From Ptychomitrium polyphyllum (Eukaryota): a stretch of DNA of 64,000 bases. A program made the translations under genes and the position numbers. Below, in pieces: positions 38,341-50,923 of the stretch. Under the pieces are notes generated by a model. It saw nothing but the letters and a program-made list of their open reading frames with translations, was not told the DNA's origin and did no database searches. The first letter of the stretch is position 1. Each line of letters opens with the position of its first letter. The stretch lies in contig OZ316775.1 of assembly GCA_973851085.1 (NCBI GenBank), positions 18,972,001 through 19,036,000 on the forward strand, written 5' to 3'.

Positions 38341-38499
38341 ATTCTTCTTTTTCCTCTTAGTGAATCTTCTTCTCCACTACTCGTCTCCACTACTCGTTTC
38401 TATCCTTCCCTTTTTCCAAAATTTTATCCTTTTTTTTCATTATGCTAAGGCTTTTTTAAGAACTGGATTGTACTGCACTAAATTGTACATGACTCCTTG

Positions 38500-39950
38500 A
38501 ATTTAGAATAAATTAAATTTTAGTTATTAAGGGAATAAATTAAATTTTGGTTATTAAAGAAATAAATTAATTAATGCAAGACAAGGTATTGTAAAAAGGA
38601 TTGAAATATTATATTAGAAGTAAAGTATAAAAAATACTTTTTTGAAATCCTTGAAAAGTTATTAATTATTAAAATTTTGAAAGTTATAAACATGTAGTAT
38701 AGTATAGATTATATAACTTTCTTATCATGGAGTTGAAACATGATTTTTTTAATATGCTCAAATTCTCAGGTTTTATTATTATTTAGTGCATGATTTGTAC
38801 TTTTTGTAGTTACATTTTAAATTAGAATAATAGAATATACATAAATTTTTCCATACAATTACTGAATGGTGAATATTTGTATTTTTTTCAAAATGCAAAA
38901 AAGCATAACTAGAAAGCAATAATTTATTAATACTTCCTAATTTCAATAGTTCTTATTCCATCTTTTAGAGTTATAAACAAAAAATTAATTTTCTCTTATC
39001 AAACTATTATTTTGTCATAATACTAAATGTATTATACTTATTCTATATTAGTTTCCAATTTTATGCACTTGATATAATTTGTGTAAATTGTACAATCAAC
39101 AATATAATTTTTTTTTCCTTTACAATTACAATATTTTATAATTTTGACAATAATTGATTTGTATCATTCATATATATCTTTTCTAAAGTAAAACATTAAT
39201 TTCAAATAAATCTAAATAGGTTAAATTATAATTAGTTATATTTATAATATTGTAATCAAAATTTCAAGTTCTCTTAGATGTAGTTAATTTTTTTGAATGC
39301 ATCATTTTTTTGTCAAAATGAAATTCATTTTAAGGTTTTAAAGTCTATACAACCAAACCACCAATTTAGACTGACTTTCATAAATTTATTGTTGGTTATA
39401 AGTAGTTTCTTACATTTCACATGTATAAACATGTGTTAGAATTATTAAAGAATACTATAAATTTTATTGCCATTAAAGCTGGAATTTCAAAAATAAAGCA
39501 TACTTGTACTTTAATATAGTAGCATATGGAAATTTCTACAACTTCTTGTAGGCATATTCAATAGGGTTTACAATAAAACTAAACATGCATGCTAAAGCAA
39601 AATAGAAGAGCATCTTCATTTCAACAAGAATTTTGCTTAAAGATTTAAGCATCATTATTATTTGAATAATAGTTACAATGGTCACAAAATTTGAACCAAT
39701 ATCTCCACCAAAAGGTATGTTTCAAGGTTTATTTAGACCACAAAAAACAAAATAGTTCTAATAATTCATAATCAACTTACAACTGACTACTCAAAAAAAC
39801 TCTTGCTTCTTGGCATGTAGTGCTAAACTACCTAAGACGTAGATTTTTGGACTTACATCTATGCAGGGTTCTGTACAAGGTCTGTTGCTCCATTTTCTAC
39901 ACTGTCATAATTTTTAGATTTTCCATTTTCAGAAATTTTGAACTAGTGCA
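38500..39950. mobile_element. AT-rich, CG-depleted block, probably degraded TE sequence
   Basis: Abrupt compositional shift and no ORF of 60 aa or more in the track; family not identifiable. Confidence 0.35.
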
Positions 39951-41038
39951 GACCAAACAGTACCATTATGGTATGCAGCTGTAAATTCTGTCACTGGCCA
40001 CTGGGTGAGATTGACTGCTTTATTCCAGTACCTCTACATAGTGACATAACTTGTTTTTTTCTTGCCCTAGCATTTCCCAGGAGCCCATGACTGAAGTCAC
40101 CGAACAGGGTACTGTATCCCATTATCACACTCTTTTGGTGCTCATGGATTATGAATCTTGACGGGAACTGGTTGTCATTAGGGGGATGACAAGCAAAAGA
40201 AGATTTTGTTTCTGACAAAAATAACAGGTTACCAATGGCAGAGTGTTCTTCAACTTCTTTGGTTTCCTCAAAAACAAGATTTTAACACAAAAAATCATTG
40301 ATAAGAAAAAGGAGCAGAGAAAGGAACAAGAACACACTGTTTGATTATGAAAGGTTTCCGTGAATTGGGAGGTTGTTGGCATGATGTGACGTTTAAGCCG
40401 CTGCTACATAAAAGCATGCTACATAAAAGCATGAACTCAAACCTTAATACTTCTTTGTGATGGATTCCATTTCTCTACTGTAATAGAAGCCTTATGAAAG
40501 AAACTAACATGACATATCCTTCTCTCCTGAAGCCATGTAATAGTTTCTCATGTTTGCCATGCCTTTGCCTTCTGCTTATCATCAGGGTATTCCAGTGGAG
40601 TGACTTGTACTTGAGTCCTTGTGCTCCTACAATAGTTAAATACTGCAGCACGTGTGTCACTCTGTAAATTACCCACTTAAGAAAATATGGGTCTCAACCA
40701 ATCTGACATTTTAAAGCAGATTTTATAATTTAACACCACAGTGACTTAGTCTGTACAAAATGTTGCGTTAAAAGACCTTAATCATCTTATGAGGTTTTTT
40801 ACACCTTCTCTTTGCAAAAGATGGAAGAAGTTAAAAAATTTCAACCTCAAACATAAATATTTCAAATAAAGATAGTTTACAAGAGACGACAAAGACTTCA
40901 AAATAACTTTTTGGTAAGAAATGGTTTTTCTTCCATATATCATTTTAGACTATTATTCTAAGAATACTTCCAAAAAAGTCAACAAGAAAAGACTTTTATG
41001 CAAGTATTGTTGTCATGCAGCGACCAACTCATTTTTCT

Positions 41039-41146
41039 CATCCATATTCTCATCCATATTCTCATCCATACTATCATCCATACTATCATCCATATTATTA
41101 TCCATATTATCATCCAGATTATCATCCATCTTCTCATCCACCTTCC
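41039..41146. repeat. 12-bp minisatellite (catccatattct-like), 9 copies
   Basis: Units every 12 nt from 41039 to 41135. Confidence 0.92.
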
Positions 41147-42322
41147 AAAAGGTTCGAAATTTTCAAACCAAAGGCTCAAAATTTTCAAATAATGTACTTG
41201 ATGAAATTTACTGAATAATCTCTTCTAAATGATCTATGAGAGGTGTAATTCTGCCCTCAGACGATTTACACTAGGAACTCTGAGTTGCAGCGTTCTGTAG
41301 TCCGAGGTTGATCGATCCCATTGATAGGATTTGGGCGCGAACCAGGTCGGCATAGCTATAATGTAGGCCCAGCATTGATCAGATTCGCTCAACCCCAGAT
41401 CTATGAACTCAGGCTTCAAAAGCCTATCACAAGTGCAGTTCTGTGACCACTGAGCTTCAAAAACCATCCTTAAAAAAGCCCACTCACGCGGCCCCCCAAA
41501 AAACAGTCCAACCTCCAACATAGCCCCAATATAGCCCCCATCCCACTTTTGCCCCTACCCGCACCTTATTCCGGAATCACCGACCTCCCCCACACTTTAC
41601 CGTTGAGGCCGCGCCTCAACCCCCATCCACGCCGCCGATCGCCACTCCGCCCACTCTTCTCATCTGAACCGTCCACTTCTCATCCAGCACGTCTCCTTGT
41701 TCATCGATAACCGCCCAAATTCGCATCCAGAGCAGCCCTTTCGCATCCACCTTTGGATGGCAGATGGATGACTCTGAGCCAGCCTCGCGCACATAAAGAG
41801 GCGAGCGATCATCGCTCTGGCCACTGTCAAACTCTGACCGCTCCGTGCACTTGAGTATCATTCATCGTGCAGCGTCAGATCTACCTTTTCTGTCGACTTT
41901 TCATCGACTTTAATATAGCCCGTGCTTCCTCGCTCAGCTGTTCGCCTTCGCTTGTCTGGAGACCTCGCACTAAGAGGGGCTCGAGGTGGTGTACAGCCGG
42001 TTATGAGTTGCAAATCGGCTGCTGATTGTTGCCGATATATAAGAGAGATTAGCCACTGAACGTTGAGGTCATATACCGGAACTCAGCGAAGGAATTGTAA
42101 CACCTGCAGGAATTCTTTGCATCTGGAGTGAAAGCCTGCAGCTTGTGGCGTGCTTGTGGTACTTGCGTGTTGTCTAGGAGTACAAAGGTGTTGGTATTTG
42201 TAGGTGGGATGTGTGGGAGGTGACGGTTTTAGTGGAGGTCACTGTCGGTGGTTGCATTGTGGAGGTGGTTGAGTGTGTTGGTGATTGCAGTGTGCTGAGG
42301 GGGTTGACAAGAGGCTGTCAAG

Positions 42323-45300
42323 ATGACGGCCAACTCGGCTTTCATCACCAACTTGTTGATATCGTTTTTGGTGTTCGTTGTGCTGCTCCTGGTGTTTCTG
42401 ATTCTGTCGCGGCGGCCCGGGAACTACCTCGTTTATTATCCCCTGCGTGCGTTGCGTGGGGAAGGTCCGTTTGGGAGTAAGCGTGGGCCGTTTCAATGGG
42501 CGATAGATGCCTACAAGGCTACGGAGGAGGAGCTTGTGGCGGTGGCTGGGCTCGATGCCACTGTCTACATTAACCTCTTCACAACAGGTACTGGTTCTTT
42601 TTTCGGTATGCACAAACGAAGCCGTTTCAAAAGCGGTCTTTCAAATTTTTTCTTGGTAGCAATTCGAGGGGTTGTCTTTTTAAGTAGAATTTTTGTTCAC
42701 TCGTGTTGTGGCTTATCTTTCGGTTATAGGAACTCGTTTTCTTTTGTTCCTTGAAGTAGGGAAATGGCGAATGTTTTGTCTTTGCCGGATTCTTGAACCC
42801 TTGTTTTAAAGAACTTTAGCGCAAAATAGTGTCCCTTACCATTATGCAAACAGTGAGGACATATGCTTGGGCGGCTCACCTGATCAGAAAGGAGCTTAGT
42901 AGAGAACGATATTCCTTATGAAACTGTTAGGAGTGTTTAAGAAGAGAAAAGATCTTGAGGCTGCCCCTTGGAGTCACTTCTTGAATACCCAGCTTTCAGA
43001 AAGTTGCGGTTCTAGTCTCTAAGGACTTCGCTTGGAGCACATTGAAAGGAGCTATATTTTTCATGCCAGTTAGACCAACTACAGAGTAGAATGGCCAACT
43101 TACCTGTGTGGCTCAACGAGTTGACCCTGGGGAGAATCTATCAAGAAGCACCTTTCCCTGAAATACTCTCGTCTTATGTTTCTTTTTGGTGAACTTCTTT
43201 GCAGCATTGGAGATAATTGTGTACTCCGCACTCTTCTGCCTCCCTGTTCTGATCCCCCTCGCTGTCACGGATAAGAATAATGTGATATCAGCGGCAAAGG
43301 ATAAAAACTATACGTACTCAGCTTTCGATAATTTGGGCATGGCTAACATTCAGGTAAAAATTCAGAGAATTAATTTCAAGTTCTTTCAGCGAGGTAGCGC
43401 TTTACAAACTCTCAGTTCAGCGTATAGAAAATTCTGTAGAGGGATCAATAGAAGTGCGGGGAACATTGTTGTAAGCTGTTTTATTTAAATGCAGTTCTGG
43501 TGCTAGCCGAGGAGATGTGTCATTGATTTAAACGTGCTATTGATCCTTCTAACATACAGTCTTGTTATTATGAACAGCAAAACAGTGCAAGAATATGGGC
43601 ATTTGTCATCGGTGTATACTGGGTCTCCATAGTGACCTACTACTGCTTGTGGAAGGCTTACAAGAAGGTGTTCCATTTGCGGAACACTCTGAGTTCTTCT
43701 GCAGTGGCTCACCCCCAACAATACACCCTGTTGGTGCGAGATATTCCAGCAACCGAGAAGCATGAGACACGCAGTGAGCAAGTGGATGCTTTCTTTAGAA
43801 GAACGCATCCGACTACGTTTGAGCGTTGCTTGATAATGCGCAACTTCAACAAGGTGACGCCTGAAACCTCGCTTTTGCTCTTAATGTCGTCTGTGAGTTG
43901 TGCATTCTTTGTCCTGAAAGTTGTGAAAGGCATTCTTTGTGTTGATTGATTAGTTGCTAGATTATCTTGAAAACGAAAATGCAGTGGTCGTTGGATGGTC
44001 TGAAATTCTTCCTTTCAGTAGTTTATTTGAATCATCATTTTTCTTGTTCTAGAGCGCACCTCTTATCTTTGTTAAGGCTAACAAGTGACTTGCCTGATCA
44101 GGCCGAAAAGCTTTACAATGAGCGTGAGGCTGCGTCTAGGAAGTTGGAGCATGCTGAAGCAGTTTCTGGATTGTCCAAAAAAGCTGGGAGTGATGGTGTT
44201 CGCCCTATGCACAAGACTGGTTTCCTAGGCTTGGCTGGCCCAAAGGTCGACTCTATTGAATTCTGGACCAAGAAGATCCATGAACTCACGCCTTTGTTGG
44301 AGGAAGAGAGGAAAAGAGTTGCAGTAGATGCTAAGGAGGATGCTGCTCTTGTCATCTTTAATGACCGCCTCGCAGCTGCTGAGGCTGCCCAGGTAAAATC
44401 TTGTTCCTTGGTGGTTTCAAATTGTTATGATTTATGAAAATGTACTAATTTTTTGAGTTTGAGTTTGAGTTTGCTACATTGTGTTTCATCAAAGCTGACT
44501 ATGTTTGTGTTCATTGCAGTCTATTCATGCTGCCTATGCTCTCACATGGCGAGTGGAACCTGCAGCAGAGCCGAGGGAGTGTATTTGGGGCAATATGCAC
44601 TTACCTGCCTGGCAACGTTCGATTCGGCAGCCTATTGTCTACGCCATCACATTCTTCACAGTTGTTTTCTATATGATTCCTATAGCAGCGATTTCGGTCC
44701 TTACAACTTTGGAGAACCTGGAGAAGCTTGTTCCATTCATCAAAACCATTACTCGTATTAAAGCTCTCAATGCCATCCTGCAAGTAAGTAATTTAAAGTT
44801 AATCCACTTGAGCTTTACCGATATCTGAATTGGACGCTTCCAATGTCTTAATGCGTCTTCCTGAGAAGAACATCATTGTCTTCTTTGATGCATCAGTATC
44901 CTGACAGAAAAGTCTTCGTACGCCTTCCATTTGTGGTTATGTGCAGGCGTTCTTGCCTCAGCTTGCCTTGATCGTCTTCCTGGCGCTTCTGCCAAAGCTT
45001 CTTCTGGCTTTGTCGAAGGCAGAAGGAATCCCTTCGAAAAGTCATATAAGTAGAGCTGCAGCTGGCAAATATTACTACTTCATGGTATTTAATGTATTCC
45101 TCGGAGTCACAATCTTCGGTGCTGTTTTCGCCAACATAAACGGCTTCAAGGTTTTGATCAATTCTGGTACTCTCTCAGTGAGTAAGGTCGTCGATTTGTT
45201 CGCAAACAAAATTCCTCCGGCTGCGACCTTCTACATCACATATGTTGCACTGAAGTGAGTGCTACTGACATTTGATTTCTTCCTTGTCGCATTTCAAAGT

Positions 45301-46236
45301 TCTGTATTTTAAATGTTTGAGCTGAGGCTGCAATGTATTGGGTCTTTTCATGTGCCGGTGCTTATGACGATCTTTAATACTGTGTCTGAGGAGTTTCATT
45401 TTCTGACAAGCCTCTCTTTTTCTACTTGCGCAGGTTCTTCATTGGTTATGGATTGGCAATTTCACGTATCATCCCACTTATCATCTTTCACCTTAAGAAA
45501 AGGTTCCTCTGCAAGACAGAGCGAGAGCTGGAAGAGGCATGGGCACCTGGGCCGTTTTCGTACCACACCAGTGTGCCAGCTGACCTGCTTATCTTGACAG
45601 TGACGCTCTGCTACTCTGTAATTGCACCCATGATTCTAGTATTTGCTTTCCTCTACTTCTTCATCGGATGGTTGGTGTCGCGTAATTCGGTAAGAAGTTA
45701 TCCATCGCCTTCTTGTTACATTGATCATTCAATATTATTCCAAAAAGATTATGTTCTGTATTTGCAACTAGCAAAGATTCTGATGACATGCTTCCATATC
45801 TGAACCTCTTTGTGCGCTTGAATTGCAGGCTTTGAATGTCTATGTCCCTGACTGGGAAAGTAATGGAAGGATGTGGCCACACATTCACAACCGTTTTTTG
45901 GGAGCTTTGCTAGTTTCCCAGATCACATGTTTTGGATACTTCGCAATTAAGAAGTTCCCTCCAGTAGTCCTCCTAATTTTCCCCATTATAGCGACATACA
46001 TGTTCTACTTGTTCTGCAAGAGAAACTTCTACCCATCGTTCGCAGTCGTTTCTCTTTACGTTGCTAGTCAACCTGCAAAAGAGACGCCGTCAACTACCAC
46101 CATCGTCGAGGCTTATACACCCACTTGTTTGCTTGAGGGCGATAAGTTTGAGGATGCGGATTTCCAGGATGCAAGGTCTAACGTGACGTCCAGGAGTAAC
46201 TCCGGCATTATATCTCCGGCTGAGCGACATGTGTAA
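42323..46236 (+). CDS. ERD4: CSC1/OSCA-family mechanosensitive Ca-permeable channel, ERD4 (OSCA3)-like, 8 exons
   Basis: MTANSAFITNLLISF...LSRRPGNYLVYYP, AGLDATVY, KTGFLGLAGPKVDSI, AAEPRECIWGN, FYMIPIA, QAFLPQLAL, CYSVIAP and ESNGRMWPHIH. Exons about 42323-42587, 43205-43353, 43578-43853, 44102-44392, 44520-44783, 44947-45255, 45434-45689, 45829-46236. Confidence 0.93.
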
Positions 46237-48280
46237 CTTTTAAGATTGAGATTAGTTGCTCTCGGGAGTATTGCCCTCCTCATCGACTGTTCCTATGTTA
46301 GTATTTTCTTTCTAGTGCTCTCGAGCTTTCAAAACTGGTTGTGTTACAGTAGTATTGGAGCAGAATTAAGTATGGCTGACAATCTGTGGCAGCTGGCAGC
46401 GTTTTTTTTTGGTCAGGTTGGAATCGAAGAGAAATGGTGGAGGGCAGTGTATGTGTAGAGCAGGTTTGGGCGGAGATTCCTTTTGTAACAAAATTGATTT
46501 TGTATAATGGTTTGATCGTGGAAGCTAAAAACTCTTGTGAGTTACAAGTAGCGCTAGAATTAGAATATGTCCGTATAGTATGAAAACTATCTTAAGGTTG
46601 CAGATTATCTAATAATAATACCCTCACCAACTTACTTTTCTATTTGCTGAAAAAGCTGCTGGAATGTGCAACAGTATTCTAGCACTTCACCCTGCTTGAT
46701 CTCTTCAGGCTTAAGCTCAACTACTTCTCACAATTTCCAAACAGAGAACGTCATACTAGATAACTGAATATTTTCATTGGCATAAACGGCGATTGGAGCT
46801 GATTTTTCATCACTATTTAGTGCAGTTTCAAAGTTGGCAGATACTATTCACTCTGAAATTTTCACATGACATGGCGTGCATCAAGACTTCGTGGAGCACG
46901 GCCAGACCTCATAAAGAGCTAAGAGAAAAAATCACCAAAACATTACAGAGAAACCTCAAGTCCAGTGTACACGAATTTGAAAAAAATACGGATCTAGAGT
47001 TTAGGATTTGATGACGACCCCTTGCCACTCAAAATATTAGGCTAATTAACCCCTTTTCGATTCTCTTTCTCCCAGTGTCACAAACCAGAAGGGTGGTTTC
47101 TTGAAACATGATATTGGATGACTTGGATCGACTTGGGAGATCTTACGATTGTGGGAAGTTCAGGATTTCGGTGCCAGGCTTTGTCAGGGCCTTCACCTTT
47201 TCACTTCTCACTTTTGCTGTCGTTAGTTTCTGTCTGTACCGGATCTTGCTCTCTCCTGCTCTTGCTCCCTTCGCTTTCGCATCGCCATTCGCTGCTGTAG
47301 CTTGCTCTCCTTGTCACTCCGGCTTCTCATCTCTCACGGTTGGCCTTGTAGTGTAAGTTACTTCAGGTTTCATAGGATTTCGGGGCATGTCGATCAACAT
47401 ATTGCAGATGCAATCACAAAGCCTTCACAACACAAGCATATTGACATTGAAGCTGACGTTAAATCAAGAAAAACTGTTGTTACATATACCGTCCACTTCT
47501 AGTTAGCTTTGGTAGTATTTTGTTAGGCGATGGGTTTTCAGTGTCGGGAGGGGAGTGGATAAGGTCCTCGCCTATGATGCAACAATCCACAACAACGAAC
47601 ATCAGTAGAGAAGCGCTTAATGATCCAAGTGTTGGTTTCAACATTGTAATTACAGTAGCTAATAGAAATTTTGATTCTGGTGGTAGAGCGGACATTTTGC
47701 TGAATTGTTTTCACTTATTCTTCTTAGTGGTTGAAATGACGGGACCATCACTTTCTAAAGAAGCTTTAGGCTAAAATCCTTTGGATTTAATTAAGGCAAG
47801 TCAAGTCAATTGGATTTAGTCAAGTTAAGGATGTACTATGAGGGCAAAGGTCTTCAATTTCTAGATGGACAAAGATCTCACATTCTTGTGCAGTCAATAA
47901 TCCAATTCTTCAAATACTTGGTGGGACATCAAATTGGTTCTAGTATAATTTCCTTAGATAATTTGTCTTATCTTGTAATTTGCGTGGATGATTCCTAATA
48001 TATCTTTGAAGGCATAGATTGGCATCATCCAAAATTCATTGGTACATTTGCCTACTTTGTGGAAAAGGAGTACACTTTGCAAGTAGAAGGGAGGTAATGG
48101 TTAGTTAGTTTACTAGATTTGTTGTTTATAGGTATTGATGACAATCAAGAAATTTAAAATTCTTTCAACAATCATGAGGAATATGATACATCCAAAAAAT
48201 TGAAGATGACACAAATTGATAAGAATATAACTCAATAAATGTCGCTCTTTGTTTTCTACTTGTATGCCTATAATGCTCAT

Positions 48281-48393
48281 ATTTGTTATATTTGAAAAAA
48301 ATACAAGTTTTGAGACTTCCATCCTTAGTTTTGGGAAGTCTAAAATGTTATAAATTGGGACTCTAAAATATCCCAATTTAATGAATATGGTGT
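48281..48393 (+). repeat. Dispersed repeat, copy 2 (matches 27148-27261)
   Basis: gttatatttgaaaaaaa...ttttgagacttccatcc...gggaagtctaaaatgttataaattgggactctaaaat.tcccaattta..gaatatggtgtt is shared with copy 1. Confidence 0.85.
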
Positions 48394-50447
48394 TTATAGG
48401 TTGAAGGAGGTTGTACCTTGATTTCGATTATCCTTGGTATTTGCCTTTTTTTTCATGCAGTGCGGGGATACAGGTGCATGTATATCCTTGTAGGAGCATG
48501 ACAAGGGTAAATGATTTAAAAGAGACTCTTGCAACACATTTACATTCACATTTGGAAGTGCATCCTTTTGCAACATGATGGAGTGAAAATATTGTACGTG
48601 GGATATATAAGGATCATGTTGTTGCTGCCAAACTTGCGGTGATTTATTTAGATCGTGCAAAGGTGAGCCTTCTCATTACTTTTGTTGGATTCTATCTTTA
48701 TGAACGCTTTAAAATGTTATTGTATCAACCCATGTAAATGAATTTGCTTGTTCCATCGCCAGTGCTGAGTATTGCTGCCAAGAGCGTGCACAGTTGCAAG
48801 ATATATAATTAGCAAGTTCCGGTTCTATAGATCAGCTGAATTAGCTTCAGCTGCTGGCGTATTAGACATGGATCATTACATGGAGGCTGAAGCCCACTAA
48901 ACCTCCGTTGATTACTCCATCTCAAGAATTTTGATGGTATTTGTATGCATTAGAATTCCTCTGAGCATCAAATTGTTAACTAGATGGGGCAATCATAATT
49001 TGTATTGCTAAAGATGTGTGCCATAGAATGCCACCCTCCTTTGATAGCCAATTTTGTAACAAGTAGAAGGACTAGTTGGACAGCAAAGTGCATTAGCAGT
49101 AGTAATGTCAGGCAGGAGCAAGTTGGCCACAAGCTTAGAAGTCATTTAGAATGGAGCTATTTAGGAAGGCGCTTCCGCTGAAAATGTCATGACAATGCTC
49201 AAAGCGTTGTAACTGGTTCTAAGTAGAAGCTTGTGTTGCTACTGTAATCCATCGTTCTAGTATTGTTGATAATAACTGTGGTGTAATACGTATTTCTAGA
49301 CAAATCTACAATGCTTCACTTATCAAAGTTCTTCTGGACAAGAAACCTGTGGATCGTCGATAACGAAACTGAAGAACAAAGAGCTGCAGCAAACTCTCCT
49401 GTTGTTGCGAACTGCAGGAGGATCGGTGACAAACTCCTGTCAACGCATGGCACAATCCTGTACAAGTTCAGGAGATTTTGGACATGGATGGCGGGACCTT
49501 GAAAACTGAGAGAGCGAGTACCTGGAGAGAAGAGCACTCGACCACGGGGTGGGATCCTAAAAGCAGCCGAAGGTGGGGTCGATGTAGGGGTCGTAGACGC
49601 GGAAGACGATCGGCAGGAGTTGGAAGTGCTTGGCGATGCTGAAGACATGCGGGAGGCAGGAGGCAGCGATTCCTCGTTCTTGTTGCCATGGTCGATATAT
49701 AGGGCGATGCGGAGATAACTCGATGGTGATCCGAGAATACTCGTCATAGTAGTGGCACCGACACTCCTTTCGCCAGCCTTTCATCAGTCGAGGAAGATCG
49801 GAAAGAAAGTTTGCTTCTACAGAATAGGGTTCAGAAGTTTGAACATTAGAAGAGTTGCTTTTGAAAAGACAGTGGTAAAAATGGCAGCACACCTTTGTTG
49901 GTGGCCATGGGTCCTCAATCTACAAGGTAGCAATATCATAGGCTCCCCCTTTATATGATGAAATTCGATCCAAACTTTTCTAAAACTCATTGAATGCAAT
50001 GCTGTGCCAATGTGTGTCACTGAAAATTTTCGGGTTCTTTTACATTGTAAAGTGGTGCACATTGGCACAATAAAACAAATGTATGATCTGAATTACTATG
50101 AAAATTTTCATAATGCAGTGAGTGTATATTCAAAGAGCATTCAACAGCTTTCAGCAATCGTAACTGCACACTTCAGTACTGGCCGTGCAGGACCGAAATT
50201 TTCTTAAAGTTGTCGTAATAAATTATATGATTTTATACATGTTAACATGTACGCGTAGCACAGTACATAGCTTTCAGAGAAATTCCAATCGCTTGGAATA
50301 AAGCACACAAAACGAGGCAAGAGTATAGTAACTTCACAAGCATAAGAAAACTTGCTGTCAGGTTCATGCGGTTTCTGTAATAATAGTGGCAGACTCTACG
50401 CCAAGTTCACAGACACTAATATACGTAGCATAATTTCAGCACCTTTC

Positions 50448-50786
50448 CTAGATCGTTTTCATGTCATCCGAAGCATTGATCTTCCCCTCATGATTGACGG
50501 ACAAGCTCATGCCCAGCTTCCGGGGAAGCCCAAATGCCTCCTCGATACTAAGGTCGTTGCAAGTGGGCTCAAACGCATAAGTAGAGCATATATACACCAG
50601 ACCCCCTCTCCACGCTAAAGAGCAGGACAACTTTTTGTTGGTAACGGGGTCACAATCACAACACCAGAACGCAGGGCCGCATGGGTCATCCATCGGGACG
50701 CAGCTCAGAACAATAGCTGGGGAGAACATGAGCAGGAGCACCACGACCAGCAGGCCTGGCAAGCATTTCGAGTTGCGGGTCGACAT
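50448..50786 (-). CDS. Small secreted cysteine-rich peptide precursor (knottin/ICK-like), 112 aa
   Basis: MSTRNSKCLPGLLVVVLLLMFSPAIVLS is signal-peptide-like, followed by CVPMDDPCGPAFWCCDCDPVTNKKLSCSLAWRGGLVYICSTYAFEPTC and a Cys-free tail. TATATAA lies about 130 nt upstream. Confidence 0.7.
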   Translation of the reverse strand: MSTRNSKCLPGLLVVVLLLMFSPAIVLSCVPMDDPCGPAFWCCDCDPVTNKKLSCSLAWRGGLVYICSTYAFEPTCNDLSIEEAFGLPRKLGMSLSVNHEGKINASDDMKTI

Positions 50787-50916
50787 AGCTAGCCACAGTA
50801 TGGAGCACAATGTCTGAAACTCGGAAGCGATCGACACCACCACAAGTGTACTAAACTCTGGGCTCAAGAAACGCTCACAAGTTGAATGCGAATGAGAGTT
50901 CTGGTTAAGAGGCACA

Positions 50917-50923
50917 TTATATA
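50917..50923 (-). promoter_or_regulatory. TATA box of the cysteine-rich peptide gene
   Basis: The minus strand reads caatatataatg, about 130 nt upstream of the ATG at 50786. Confidence 0.5.

Noticed and set aside
37980..38500. E/K-rich and F-rich ORFs
   Set aside because: They are by-products of the 36-nt pyrimidine-rich tandem repeat.
47302..47502. Copia RNase H-like words (HIADAITKP, KHIDI)
   Set aside because: The motifs are in the reverse of the expected order and no other pol domain or LTR pair was visible.
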